Below, piece by piece: positions 9,172 to 17,740 of a stretch of DNA of 48,000 nt (position 1 is the stretch's first letter; the number at the start of each line of letters is the position of its first letter). This stretch comes from Cyanobacteria bacterium J06648_16 (GTDB taxonomy: Bacteria; Cyanobacteriota; Cyanobacteriia; Phormidesmidales; Phormidesmidaceae), in assembly GCA_039817185.1 (NCBI GenBank), contig JBCBWI010000008.1, positions 33,335-81,334 of the forward strand, written 5' to 3'. The notes under the pieces are model-generated. The model saw only the letters and a list, made by a program, of their open reading frames with translations. It was not told the origin of the DNA and did no database searches. The position numbers and the translations under genes are program-made.

Positions 9172-9228
9172 TCGCTTCTTTGAGGGGCTTTTGAAATATC
9201 TGTTCGATACGGGTAATCGGGGTCAGTG

Positions 9229-11994
9229 CTACGGCTCACTTTCGACAGCTGCCAACAGTACTTCAGCTTTATCAGGCTCCAAGGCAGAAAGGGCTGCCAC
9301 CAAATCCTCAACGTCATCACGGCGCTGGGTTGCCACTACTACCGCCTCCCGTACGGTGTCGTGAGCCTGTAGCGCTGCTTCAATCTCTCCTAGCTCAATC
9401 CGATAGCCTCGGATTTTCACCTGCCGGTCGCATCGCCCGAGCCATTCCAGCAAACCATTAGCGCGGCGACGGGCCAGGTCGCCGGTTCTGTAGAGGCGAA
9501 TCCCCGACGGCAGGAGAGAAGACTGATCGGATGTAATAAACGCTGCAGCGGTCCGTTCGGGCTGGTTAAGATAGCCCTGCGCGACCCCGTCACCGCCGAT
9601 GTAGACCTCGCCAACAGCCCCAGTTGGAACCGGCATTAGCTGCTCATCCAACAGATAAATCTGAGTGTTGGGAATGGGATGACCAATGGCAACCGGTCCC
9701 GGCCCTGGCTCCACCGGAAAGCGGTAGACCGTACACCAAACGGTCGCTTCGGTCGGTCCGTATTCGTTGTACAAAGTTGCACTGGGTAGCTTGGCGTAGT
9801 GCTCGGTGGTGAGGGTTTGCGGGCAGGCTTCACCGGCAACAATGACCGTTTGCAGCGTTGCTAGCTGTTGCGGTGTCGCAGCATCCAACAACAGCGAGTA
9901 GAGCGTGGGGACACATAAAGTATGGGTAATTTGCTGGTCGGCGACCAGATGGGCCAGCTGCTGCAGGTCTTGTTCGATTCGCTGGGGCGGTAGCACTAAC
10001 GTTCCCCCCTGGCAGAGCGTCCAAAAGATACCTGCCACCGAGCTATCAAAGGCAATGGACGAGAGCAGCAGGAAGCGGCCCACCGGTTCTGGGTAGAGGT
10101 GCGATCGCACCGCCGTAGAATGCATCAAATTCCGATGGCTGACCATCACGCCTTTGGGACGTCCCGTCGACCCAGAGGTGTAAATGATGTAGGCCAGATC
10201 GTCGGGCTGAGGTGGGCGAGCCGGGGCGGCAGGCATTTCCGGTGCGCTGATAGAGGGCTGAATTGCCCCATCCTTGTCCAGATAGATAGTCGAAATCTCT
10301 CCGTGGGGCCGATCGAGTTTCGATTGGGTTAGCAGCAGCCGGGGCTGAGTGTCCTGCAAGCAGTACGCCAGCCGATCCGCCGGGTACGCCGGGTCCAAGG
10401 GCACGTAGGTTCCCCCAGCCTTCAGCACCGCTAGAATGCTGACGATTCTCTCCAGGGATGGATTCAGGCACAGAGCAACCCGCTCACCGGGGGCAACGTC
10501 GTGCGATCTCAACACCTCAGCCAGCCAATCGGCCCGCTGATTAAGTTCATCGTAGGTCAGCGTTTGGCCTTCAAACACGACCGCCTGCGCCGTTGGCGTG
10601 CGCTCAACCTGAGCTTCAATTAGCTGGTGAATGGTCTGGTCGTGAGGGTAGTCAATCGTCTCCCAATGAGCGAGCTGCTGCTGTTCAGCGGGCGTCAGAC
10701 AGGGTAGCTGGCCCAGCTTGGCCTGGGGCTGTTCAACAAAGGCATTGAGCAACAGTGCCAAGTGATCCTGTAGGTTGGCAATGGCCCCTGCTTCAAATCG
10801 TCCCGAATCGAATAGCATTAGCAGCGTCAGCGATTCGCCGGGAACAACCAGTAGTGCCAGGGGATAGTTGCTCTGCTCTAGATACTGCACCTGGTGAGTT
10901 TCAAAGCCAAGGTCGGCGGCGGCGGGCGTTGGATAGTTTTCGAAGACAACGATGCTTTCAAATAGAGGACTGCCCTTGGGCAGATCGCTCCAGCGCTGGA
11001 TATCGCTCAGGGCAGTGGACTCATACTGTCGTAAGTCAAGCAGCTGCTGTTGCCGGGCCTGTAACCAGTCGATCAACGGCTGCTCAGGCTCGACCCGCAC
11101 CCGCAGCGGCAGCGTGTTGATAAACAGCCCCACCATCGACTCAACGCCGCTCAGTTCAGTTGGGCGACCCGATATAACCGAACCATAGGTGACCTGAGCC
11201 TCACGACTGTAATGGTTGAGCAAGATGGCCCACGCGCCCTGAATGAGCGTATTCAACGTTAAATGATGCTGTTGGGCAAAGTTTTTAAGCGCTTTTGTCA
11301 GTGCTGGGGAGAGCACCTGACTCCGCTGCTGATAGTGCTGGGCGGGCCCGGTACGGGCAGCTGGTAAAGGTGTTGGTTCGGTAAAACCCTCAAGCTGACT
11401 GCGCCAAAAAGACTCTGCTACCGTCAGATCTTGCTCTTGCTGCCAGGCAATGTAGTCTCGGTAAGGGCGAACCGGAGCCAGTCGGGGAACCGTCTCTTGC
11501 TGCAGCGCGCCGTAGTAGGTCAGCATGTCTTGCCAAATCAGCGGCAGCGACCAGCCGTCAAACAGCAGGTGGTGAGAACTCCAAACGAGCTGGTAGGTGT
11601 TGCTGTTTAGATGCATTAGCGTCAGGCGTAGTAGGGGAGCCTGGTCTAGGGCAAATCCCTGGTTGCGATCGCACTTTAAAAATCCCGCCAGCGCCGTCGC
11701 TTGCTCACGCTCGTCCATGCCTCGCCAGTCCAGCTCTCGCCAGGGCAGCGTCACCTGCTGGCGCACCACCTGCAGCGGCTCATCTAGCCCGTCCCACAGA
11801 AATGCCGTACGCAGCACCGGATGTCGCACCAGCGTCTGCTGCCACGCCTGCTGTAATAGCGCTGGCTGAAGAGTTCCCGTCAGCCTACAGGTGTACTGGT
11901 TGATGTAAACACCTGTCTGGGTGTCGGCCAGGGTATGAAACAGCATTCCTAGCTGCGTCGGCGAAAGCGGATAGATATCAGCGACGTTTTCCAT
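9229..11994 (-). CDS. NRPS fragment: C domain plus A-domain motifs A1-A8 only
   Basis: C domain: IYPLSPTQLGMLFH and HHLLFDGWS. A motifs: LTYDEL, LKAGGTYVPLDP, YIIYTSGSTGRPKG, FDSS, NEYGPTEATV, GEVYIGGDGVAQGY, YRTGDL and GRCDRQVKIRGYRIELGEIE. The ORF ends 40 aa after A8 with an acidic tail. A9/A10 and a T domain are absent. Confidence 0.9.
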   Translation of the reverse strand: MENVADIYPLSPTQLGMLFHTLADTQTGVYINQYTCRLTGTLQPALLQQAWQQTLVRHPVLRTAFLWDGLDEPLQVVRQQVTLPWRELDWRGMDEREQATALAGFLKCDRNQGFALDQAPLLRLTLMHLNSNTYQLVWSSHHLLFDGWSLPLIWQDMLTYYGALQQETVPRLAPVRPYRDYIAWQQEQDLTVAESFWRSQLEGFTEPTPLPAARTGPAQHYQQRSQVLSPALTKALKNFAQQHHLTLNTLIQGAWAILLNHYSREAQVTYGSVISGRPTELSGVESMVGLFINTLPLRVRVEPEQPLIDWLQARQQQLLDLRQYESTALSDIQRWSDLPKGSPLFESIVVFENYPTPAAADLGFETHQVQYLEQSNYPLALLVVPGESLTLLMLFDSGRFEAGAIANLQDHLALLLNAFVEQPQAKLGQLPCLTPAEQQQLAHWETIDYPHDQTIHQLIEAQVERTPTAQAVVFEGQTLTYDELNQRADWLAEVLRSHDVAPGERVALCLNPSLERIVSILAVLKAGGTYVPLDPAYPADRLAYCLQDTQPRLLLTQSKLDRPHGEISTIYLDKDGAIQPSISAPEMPAAPARPPQPDDLAYIIYTSGSTGRPKGVMVSHRNLMHSTAVRSHLYPEPVGRFLLLSSIAFDSSVAGIFWTLCQGGTLVLPPQRIEQDLQQLAHLVADQQITHTLCVPTLYSLLLDAATPQQLATLQTVIVAGEACPQTLTTEHYAKLPSATLYNEYGPTEATVWCTVYRFPVEPGPGPVAIGHPIPNTQIYLLDEQLMPVPTGAVGEVYIGGDGVAQGYLNQPERTAAAFITSDQSSLLPSGIRLYRTGDLARRRANGLLEWLGRCDRQVKIRGYRIELGEIEAALQAHDTVREAVVVATQRRDDVEDLVAALSALEPDKAEVLLAAVESEP

Positions 11995-14900
11995 TACCTT
12001 TGGCCTCCAGGACGATCCGCTTTGTTGAGCAGGGCCGAGAGCCTGTCGAGCTTTTTGCTGTTGAGCTTAGCCAGGGGAAAATCGGTTGCCGTGACCTGCC
12101 TACTTGGGGCCATTAGCAGCGTTCGCAGATGCTGCATGACGCCGTCGGCTAACGCCTGCACGGTATCGGCCTCTAGACCGCTGTAGCGCCAGTCAATGTG
12201 GAGCTGTCCCCGGCTAATATAAGCGCTGATTTCGAGGGGGTGCGATCTCACCTGCTTGGGACTGCGAGAAACCTGCAGCGGCTGCGCAAACTGGAAGATT
12301 GAGGCAGGTGGCAACAGCTGCTCCAGCGTGCCGAGATAGTTGAACAAAATTTCAGGCTGGGTTGGCTCAACGCCGATTTCGCTGAGGTAGCGCAAAATGC
12401 CATATCCGATGCCCTTTCGCGGTACCTGTCTGAGGGCTGTTTTAACGAACTGCAGGGTTTCATCCGCACTCGCCACCGTCTGAAACCTCACCGGAAAGAG
12501 TGACGTAAACCAGCCCACCGTCCGCGTGAGACGGCTGTTGGGGACCATCGCCTCTTCTCGCCCATGACCTTCTAGCGCGACCTGTACCCTTTCCTGCCCG
12601 GTCTGCTGCCGCATGGCCAGCGCCAGGGCCGCCAACAACATTTCTTGAGGGCGGGCAAGAGCCGCCTGCAGAAACGCCTGGGTTAGCTTATCGCTTAGCT
12701 GTCGAGAAATCGTGCGGGCTTCGGCCTCAGTCTGAGCGCTTCCGCCTAGCTGCCTCAAAGGAAGGGATTGGCCCTGCCAATAGCTAACTTCTGCCTGGGG
12801 TAACGTCACTTCTGTTAGACCATTAGCCCATGACTTGTAAGAGCTGGTTTTGAGCGGGAAATCCGGTGTCTTTCCCCGGTTTAGCTGCTGATAGGCCGTT
12901 TCTAAATCTTGAATGAGTGTCAGCCAAGAGAGGGCATCCACTGCAAGGTGATGAATCACCAGTCCCAGTTGCTGCCGGTCACCCCAGTCGAACAACACGG
13001 CTCTCACCAGATCGCCTCTGGTCAGGTCAAGCTGGGCCTGCAGTTGAGCAATCGCGTCAGAGACGGTTTGTTGGGGATTGGGCTGGGCGGTCAAGTCCAG
13101 CTTCATCACAGATACCGAGTCAACCCTTTCGCCGTAGCGCTGCTTCCAGCCCGTGGAAGTCTGGGTATAGCGGAGACGCAGGCTGTCGTGGTGGTTGACC
13201 ACTGCCGTCAGCGCAGACCGCAAAACTGGCAGCTGAAGTGTTTCTGCGACATCTAGCAGCACCGTCTGCGTAAACTGCTCCGGTTCGGGTGACGGTTGTT
13301 CAAAAAAGGCACGCTGGATCGGCGTCAGCGGCACCGGACCCGTCAGATCTTCTGGCGCTGTCTCTACTTCGGGCGCAACCACGGCGGACAGCTGGGCCAA
13401 GGTGGGGTGCTGAAAAATCTGGTTAGGTGAAAGCGCAAACCCCGATTCCGACAGGCGAGCCGCAATCTGAATAGCCATAATCGAGTCGCCGCCCAGCTCG
13501 TAAAAGTTATCGTGAACGCCGATGCGGTCTAGCTTGAGTACCTGTTGCCAGGTCTTTGCCAGCGTTTTCTCAACTGCCGTTTGAGGCTCCACAAAGGCTG
13601 ACTGCAGCTCTGGGCGCGTCGCTTGAGGGTCTGGCAGGGCCGCAAAATCGACCTTGCCGTTGGCCGTTAGCGGCATCTGTTCAAGCGGGATGAGGTAAGC
13701 AGGCACCAGATTGCCAGGTAATTGTTGGGCTAAAAATGTTCTCAAATCCGTAGGAGAAACCGCTCCCACATAGTAGGCAGCCAGCTGCGCTTTGTTGATC
13801 TGAGCGTCTTCGTAGCCAATCTCCTGTAGAATTCTCTCGACCTCAGCAACGTCGATCTCGTCGTTGAGTTCATCGATCGCAGCCTCGACAGTCTTATGGC
13901 CCATGCGCACGTCCCAGCTGTAGGGCAGAGCGTAGTTGTGATAGCCCCGCTGTTGGGTATGCAGGTGAATGCCCACGTTGTTGATCAGGCAGTTGGTCGA
14001 GCGTCCCGTATCTGACGGTCGAATCCAGGGAACCTGATCCTGCAAGAAGGCCAGCATTTCTGCCAGCTCAACATCGCAGTAGCGGTAAAAGTCAACAATT
14101 TCGACCGCCTCAAAAATATCGTCAGTTTGAAATACCGCAACGTCCATCAGCTGAGAGACCGCATCGTCAGTTCGGTGATAGGCCTTACGGGCCTCTAGGA
14201 TGGTTTGGTCGATCTGCTCGACGTCGAAACGCTCCTGACCAAATAGCTCAGTAAACCACTCTTCCGTCAGTCGGGTTTCAAAGAATTGCCCTCTAGAAAG
14301 CCCCGTCACAATGCAGGGAATGCCTTTCTCGTAGGCCAGTTGCATACTCAGGGTGTAGATGGTCTTGAAACAGCCGTTGCAAACGTTGCAGTGGCGGTTC
14401 AGACTATCGACAAATATCTCGTTCATGGCTGGCGTGGTGCCAAACTGGTGGTCTACGCCCAACGTCCTGACCACACGACGGATATTGTCTTTGGCCTGGT
14501 CTGAGATGTAGCCATTGTCTAGGGTGAAGGCAAATACGCGATAGCCCATTGTGACCAGCTGAGCCAGGGCATAGGTACTGTCCTTGCCGCCGCTGAGCAG
14601 CATCATACAGTCGTATTCGCCCTGCCGACGCTGGCGAGCCGCCGCCAGACGAACCTTGAGCACGTCCATCGACTTGAAGTACTGCTGGGTGCGATCGCAA
14701 TAGGTCTCGTAGGTCTGGCAAATATCGCAGACGCCCGCTTGATCGAAAGTAATGCCCGGATAGTTAGAGGCGATACCGCAGCGAGTGCAGTAGGTTACCG
14801 GCCCGGTCTGGGCAGGTGCCGTTGTCAGAACCAGGCTAACTGCGCTAGCGCTAACGCCGGGATGGGCCACCAGCGCGGCCTCAATCTCGCCTAGCTCGAT

Positions 14901-17471
14901 GCGAGTGCCGTGGATTTTGACCTGGCGATCGCCCCGACCCCGATAGGCCAGCTGCCCGTTTTCTTGCCAGCGCCCCAAATCGCCCGTGCGGTAAAGTCTC
15001 TGCTGCCCTCGGTAAACAAACCGCTCTGCGGTCAGTTCAGGCCGATTGAGGTAGCCCCGCGCTAGCCCCGGTCCGCCAATAAAGATTTCACCCACAGCGC
15101 CCTGAGGCACCAGGTTAAGCCGCTCATCTAGCAAGTAAATCTCCGACCCAGCTGCCGGTCTACCGATAGCAACAGAGGTAGGGGCAACAGGGGCCGGTTC
15201 AAAACGATGGATCATGCAGCCGACGGTGGCTTCTGTCGGCCCATACTCGTTGTAAATCTCGATTGGGTGATCGCTGGCGTTAGCAATCGCTCCAGCCAAG
15301 GATGTTTTTAGATCTTCCCCACCTAAGATCAGCGTCTTTACGCGAGAACCGATAGGTTGTCCCTGGACGAGTGCTAAATGGGAGGGCGTCAGCTTGATAA
15401 TATCGACCCGATTCTCTTCAAAGAGGCGTTGCAGCGAGAGATCGATTGCCTCATCTCTTTCGGGGTAAACAACAATCTGCCCACCTGACAGTAGCGGAAC
15501 GAAGATAGAGGTAACGGTGAGATCGAAAGTGACTGGCGAGAACAGGGGAAACGCTAAGGTGCGACCGCGTACGTAGTGCTCAATAGCCCAAGAGACGTAG
15601 TTCGTCAGATTTCTGTGTTCAATCGCCACGCCCTTAGGCTGTCCGGTAGACCCCGAGGTATAGAGCAGATAGGCCAGCTGATGGGTCGTTGGGCACGTAT
15701 CGAGGTTGTTGTTCGGCTGCGCGTCTAAGACTAGCTGGTCCAGCAGCAGTGCCTCAGTCTGTCCGTCCAGGCAGTGCGAGAAGCTTGAGTGCGTCAGCAC
15801 CCAACGCGCCTGGGTATCGTTCAAGATGTGGGCGATCCGCTTTTGGGGATGAGCTGGGTCGATGGGCACGTAGGCTCCGCCTACCTTGAGCACCCCCCAA
15901 ATCGCAATCAGCATCTCAGCCGAGCGGCGCAGGCAGATGCCGACGGGGGCCTCAGCCGCTACGCCCCGCTGGCAGAGGTAGTGGGCTAACTGATTGGCCT
16001 TCGCGTTCAGCTGCTGGTAGGTAAGGGTTTGGTCGTCGCAAATCAGCGCTACCGCGTTTGGGGTCTGGGTGACCTGGGCCTCAAACCACTGCACCACGGT
16101 CTCGCTTACCTCACGCGGTTCACCGCACGCCAGGTCTATTAGCTGGGACCGCTCCGGTTCTTGAACCAGCGCGACCTCAGCAATTGGGCGGTGAGGGTTT
16201 GCCAACATCGCATCGACTAGCGCCAGAAAATGACTCGTTGCCCGTTCCTGCAGAGCGGGCTCAAACAGGTCGCAGTTGAAGTCAAAGTGCAGCTGCAGAA
16301 GGCCTCGGTCATCAAAGTCATGGACCTGTAGTCTCAGGTGATGACGCGGATCGCCTGCCCCTGGATGAATCCATTCGGAACGAACCGGTAGCCCATTGAA
16401 GTCAGGCAGCTGGTTGTGAATAAAGTTGAGAACAACGTTGGGGCTGCGACTAGCGGCCTCGCTCGCACCGGATTGGGCGTAGCGCAGCAGGCCGCTACTG
16501 GCGACATTGACCTTCTTGAACAGGGTCGAGAAGGTTTCTCCTGGGTCGATCTCTGTCTGTAGAGGAAACAGCTCAATGAACACCCCGACAGTCTCTTTTA
16601 GCTCAGCCGTGGGCCGACCGTGGGCGGGGGTGGCAAACGCGACTGAGCGGTTGCCACTGACCCGGTGCAGGTAAGCCAGTAAAATGCTGGCGATCAGGTT
16701 AAACAGTGACAGCTGGGGAGTCAGCGCCTGGGCTTCGGACTGAACAGCGAGCCGTTTGAGCCGGGCCGTTTGTTGCGCATCTAGCTCGCACGAAACGCGC
16801 CGCGTTTGAGCCGAGACCTGGGTAGCGCTGCGCTGATAAAGGTCGGACGGTGTCGCTGGCCGCTGTCGCCAGTAAGCCAATGCTCGATTAGATGGGGGCG
16901 GCAGCGAGATCTGGCTAAAGGCCGGAAGTTCGGGAGCCTGGGCTAGGGTACCCTCTACAGCACGCCGATAGAAATCAGCCATAGTCTGGTACAACAGCTG
17001 CACCGAGGCAATGTCAGTAATGAGATGGTGCTGATTGAGATACCAGGCGTAGCCATCAGGCCCCAGGCGAATGAGCGCCGTATCAAAGAGCGGTTTGGAC
17101 AGATCAAACCGCTGCTGGCACCGCTGCTGCGCCCAGTCTCGGGCCACCATCGCCGGGTGCTCGCAATGGCTGAAGTCGAGCATGGTCACTTCGCTGTGAC
17201 TGCTGGCTAGCACTCGCCGCTGGCTCACACCGTCAACGTCTTCAAACACCATTCTCAGGGCATCGCAGCGCAGAACGAGCGCCTCGAACGCCGCCTGAAA
17301 ATGGGTTGGACTAACCTCGCCCGCCAGCGTAAAGAGAAACGCCATATTGTAAAGCGGCGAATCGGGAGCCAGCTTTTGACCGAGCCACAGTAGCTGTTGC
17401 GCGGTTGTCAGCTCGGTTTGCGTTGACGTTGCCGCGTCTAAGTCGGGTAAGGAACGGGGGACTGCAATCAT
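11994..17471 (-). CDS. NRPS module C-A(interrupted by a PP-loop module)-T-E
   Basis: C domain: TTAQQLLWLGQ and HHLITDIAS. A motifs: LAYLLYTSGSTGQPKG, FDLTVTS, NEYGPTEATV, YRTGDLGR and GRGDRQVKIHGTRIELGEIE. After the insert the A domain resumes as LPGNLVPAYLIP and TANGKVD. T domain: FYELGGDSIMAIQ. E domain: PLTPIQRAFF, HHLAVDALSW, EGHGRE and FNYLG. Confidence 0.92.
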   Translation of the reverse strand: MIAVPRSLPDLDAATSTQTELTTAQQLLWLGQKLAPDSPLYNMAFLFTLAGEVSPTHFQAAFEALVLRCDALRMVFEDVDGVSQRRVLASSHSEVTMLDFSHCEHPAMVARDWAQQRCQQRFDLSKPLFDTALIRLGPDGYAWYLNQHHLITDIASVQLLYQTMADFYRRAVEGTLAQAPELPAFSQISLPPPSNRALAYWRQRPATPSDLYQRSATQVSAQTRRVSCELDAQQTARLKRLAVQSEAQALTPQLSLFNLIASILLAYLHRVSGNRSVAFATPAHGRPTAELKETVGVFIELFPLQTEIDPGETFSTLFKKVNVASSGLLRYAQSGASEAASRSPNVVLNFIHNQLPDFNGLPVRSEWIHPGAGDPRHHLRLQVHDFDDRGLLQLHFDFNCDLFEPALQERATSHFLALVDAMLANPHRPIAEVALVQEPERSQLIDLACGEPREVSETVVQWFEAQVTQTPNAVALICDDQTLTYQQLNAKANQLAHYLCQRGVAAEAPVGICLRRSAEMLIAIWGVLKVGGAYVPIDPAHPQKRIAHILNDTQARWVLTHSSFSHCLDGQTEALLLDQLVLDAQPNNNLDTCPTTHQLAYLLYTSGSTGQPKGVAIEHRNLTNYVSWAIEHYVRGRTLAFPLFSPVTFDLTVTSIFVPLLSGGQIVVYPERDEAIDLSLQRLFEENRVDIIKLTPSHLALVQGQPIGSRVKTLILGGEDLKTSLAGAIANASDHPIEIYNEYGPTEATVGCMIHRFEPAPVAPTSVAIGRPAAGSEIYLLDERLNLVPQGAVGEIFIGGPGLARGYLNRPELTAERFVYRGQQRLYRTGDLGRWQENGQLAYRGRGDRQVKIHGTRIELGEIEAALVAHPGVSASAVSLVLTTAPAQTGPVTYCTRCGIASNYPGITFDQAGVCDICQTYETYCDRTQQYFKSMDVLKVRLAAARQRRQGEYDCMMLLSGGKDSTYALAQLVTMGYRVFAFTLDNGYISDQAKDNIRRVVRTLGVDHQFGTTPAMNEIFVDSLNRHCNVCNGCFKTIYTLSMQLAYEKGIPCIVTGLSRGQFFETRLTEEWFTELFGQERFDVEQIDQTILEARKAYHRTDDAVSQLMDVAVFQTDDIFEAVEIVDFYRYCDVELAEMLAFLQDQVPWIRPSDTGRSTNCLINNVGIHLHTQQRGYHNYALPYSWDVRMGHKTVEAAIDELNDEIDVAEVERILQEIGYEDAQINKAQLAAYYVGAVSPTDLRTFLAQQLPGNLVPAYLIPLEQMPLTANGKVDFAALPDPQATRPELQSAFVEPQTAVEKTLAKTWQQVLKLDRIGVHDNFYELGGDSIMAIQIAARLSESGFALSPNQIFQHPTLAQLSAVVAPEVETAPEDLTGPVPLTPIQRAFFEQPSPEPEQFTQTVLLDVAETLQLPVLRSALTAVVNHHDSLRLRYTQTSTGWKQRYGERVDSVSVMKLDLTAQPNPQQTVSDAIAQLQAQLDLTRGDLVRAVLFDWGDRQQLGLVIHHLAVDALSWLTLIQDLETAYQQLNRGKTPDFPLKTSSYKSWANGLTEVTLPQAEVSYWQGQSLPLRQLGGSAQTEAEARTISRQLSDKLTQAFLQAALARPQEMLLAALALAMRQQTGQERVQVALEGHGREEAMVPNSRLTRTVGWFTSLFPVRFQTVASADETLQFVKTALRQVPRKGIGYGILRYLSEIGVEPTQPEILFNYLGTLEQLLPPASIFQFAQPLQVSRSPKQVRSHPLEISAYISRGQLHIDWRYSGLEADTVQALADGVMQHLRTLLMAPSRQVTATDFPLAKLNSKKLDRLSALLNKADRPGGQR
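13790..14829 (-). other. In-frame zinc-ribbon plus PP-loop ATP-pyrophosphatase module inside the A domain, between A8 and A9
   Basis: YCTRCGIASNYPGITFDQAGVCDICQ is a 4-Cys ribbon. DCMMLLSGGKDSTYAL carries the PP-loop SGGxDS motif (nt about 14578-14606). HCNVCNGCFKT is a second Cys cluster. Boundaries are approximate. Confidence 0.8.
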
Positions 17472-17475
17472 TCAG

Positions 17476-17715
17476 TTACAGGCTCCTATTGGCGAGGTAC
17501 GCATCAATGGCCTTGATGGTCCGAAAATGGGTAATGGTGATATCTGACTGGGGAATCTCGCATTCGAACCGGTCTTCGACAAAGGCCACCAGCTGCATAA
17601 CGCCCATCGAGTCGATGATCTCTTCTCCGAGCAGATCGTCATCGGCTTCGACCTGCTGACGCCCGCTGAGAAGCGTTTTGCTGATGTACTGTTTGAGAAT
17701 GTCTTGGGTATCCAT
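17476..17715 (-). CDS. Stand-alone acyl/peptidyl carrier protein
   Basis: 79 aa starting at the ATG at 17713-17715 (MDTQDILKQY...). It carries the phosphopantetheine-attachment motif EIIDSMGVMQLV. It lies 25 nt after the adenylating-enzyme stop and 4 nt before NRPS1. Confidence 0.8.
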   Translation of the reverse strand: MDTQDILKQYISKTLLSGRQQVEADDDLLGEEIIDSMGVMQLVAFVEDRFECEIPQSDITITHFRTIKAIDAYLANRSL

Positions 17716-17740
17716 GAGCGCAAGAGAGTAAAGACGTTGA

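Noticed and set aside
9172-9231. The idea that the NRPS2a-MT boundary is a sequencing error or a read-through site, since the two ORFs share a frame
   Set aside because: The 57-nt gap in that frame contains two stops (TAG at 9229-9231, then CAC, then TGA). The MT also has its own ATG. GT and NRPS2b are in the other two frames, so a single error cannot restore one ORF.
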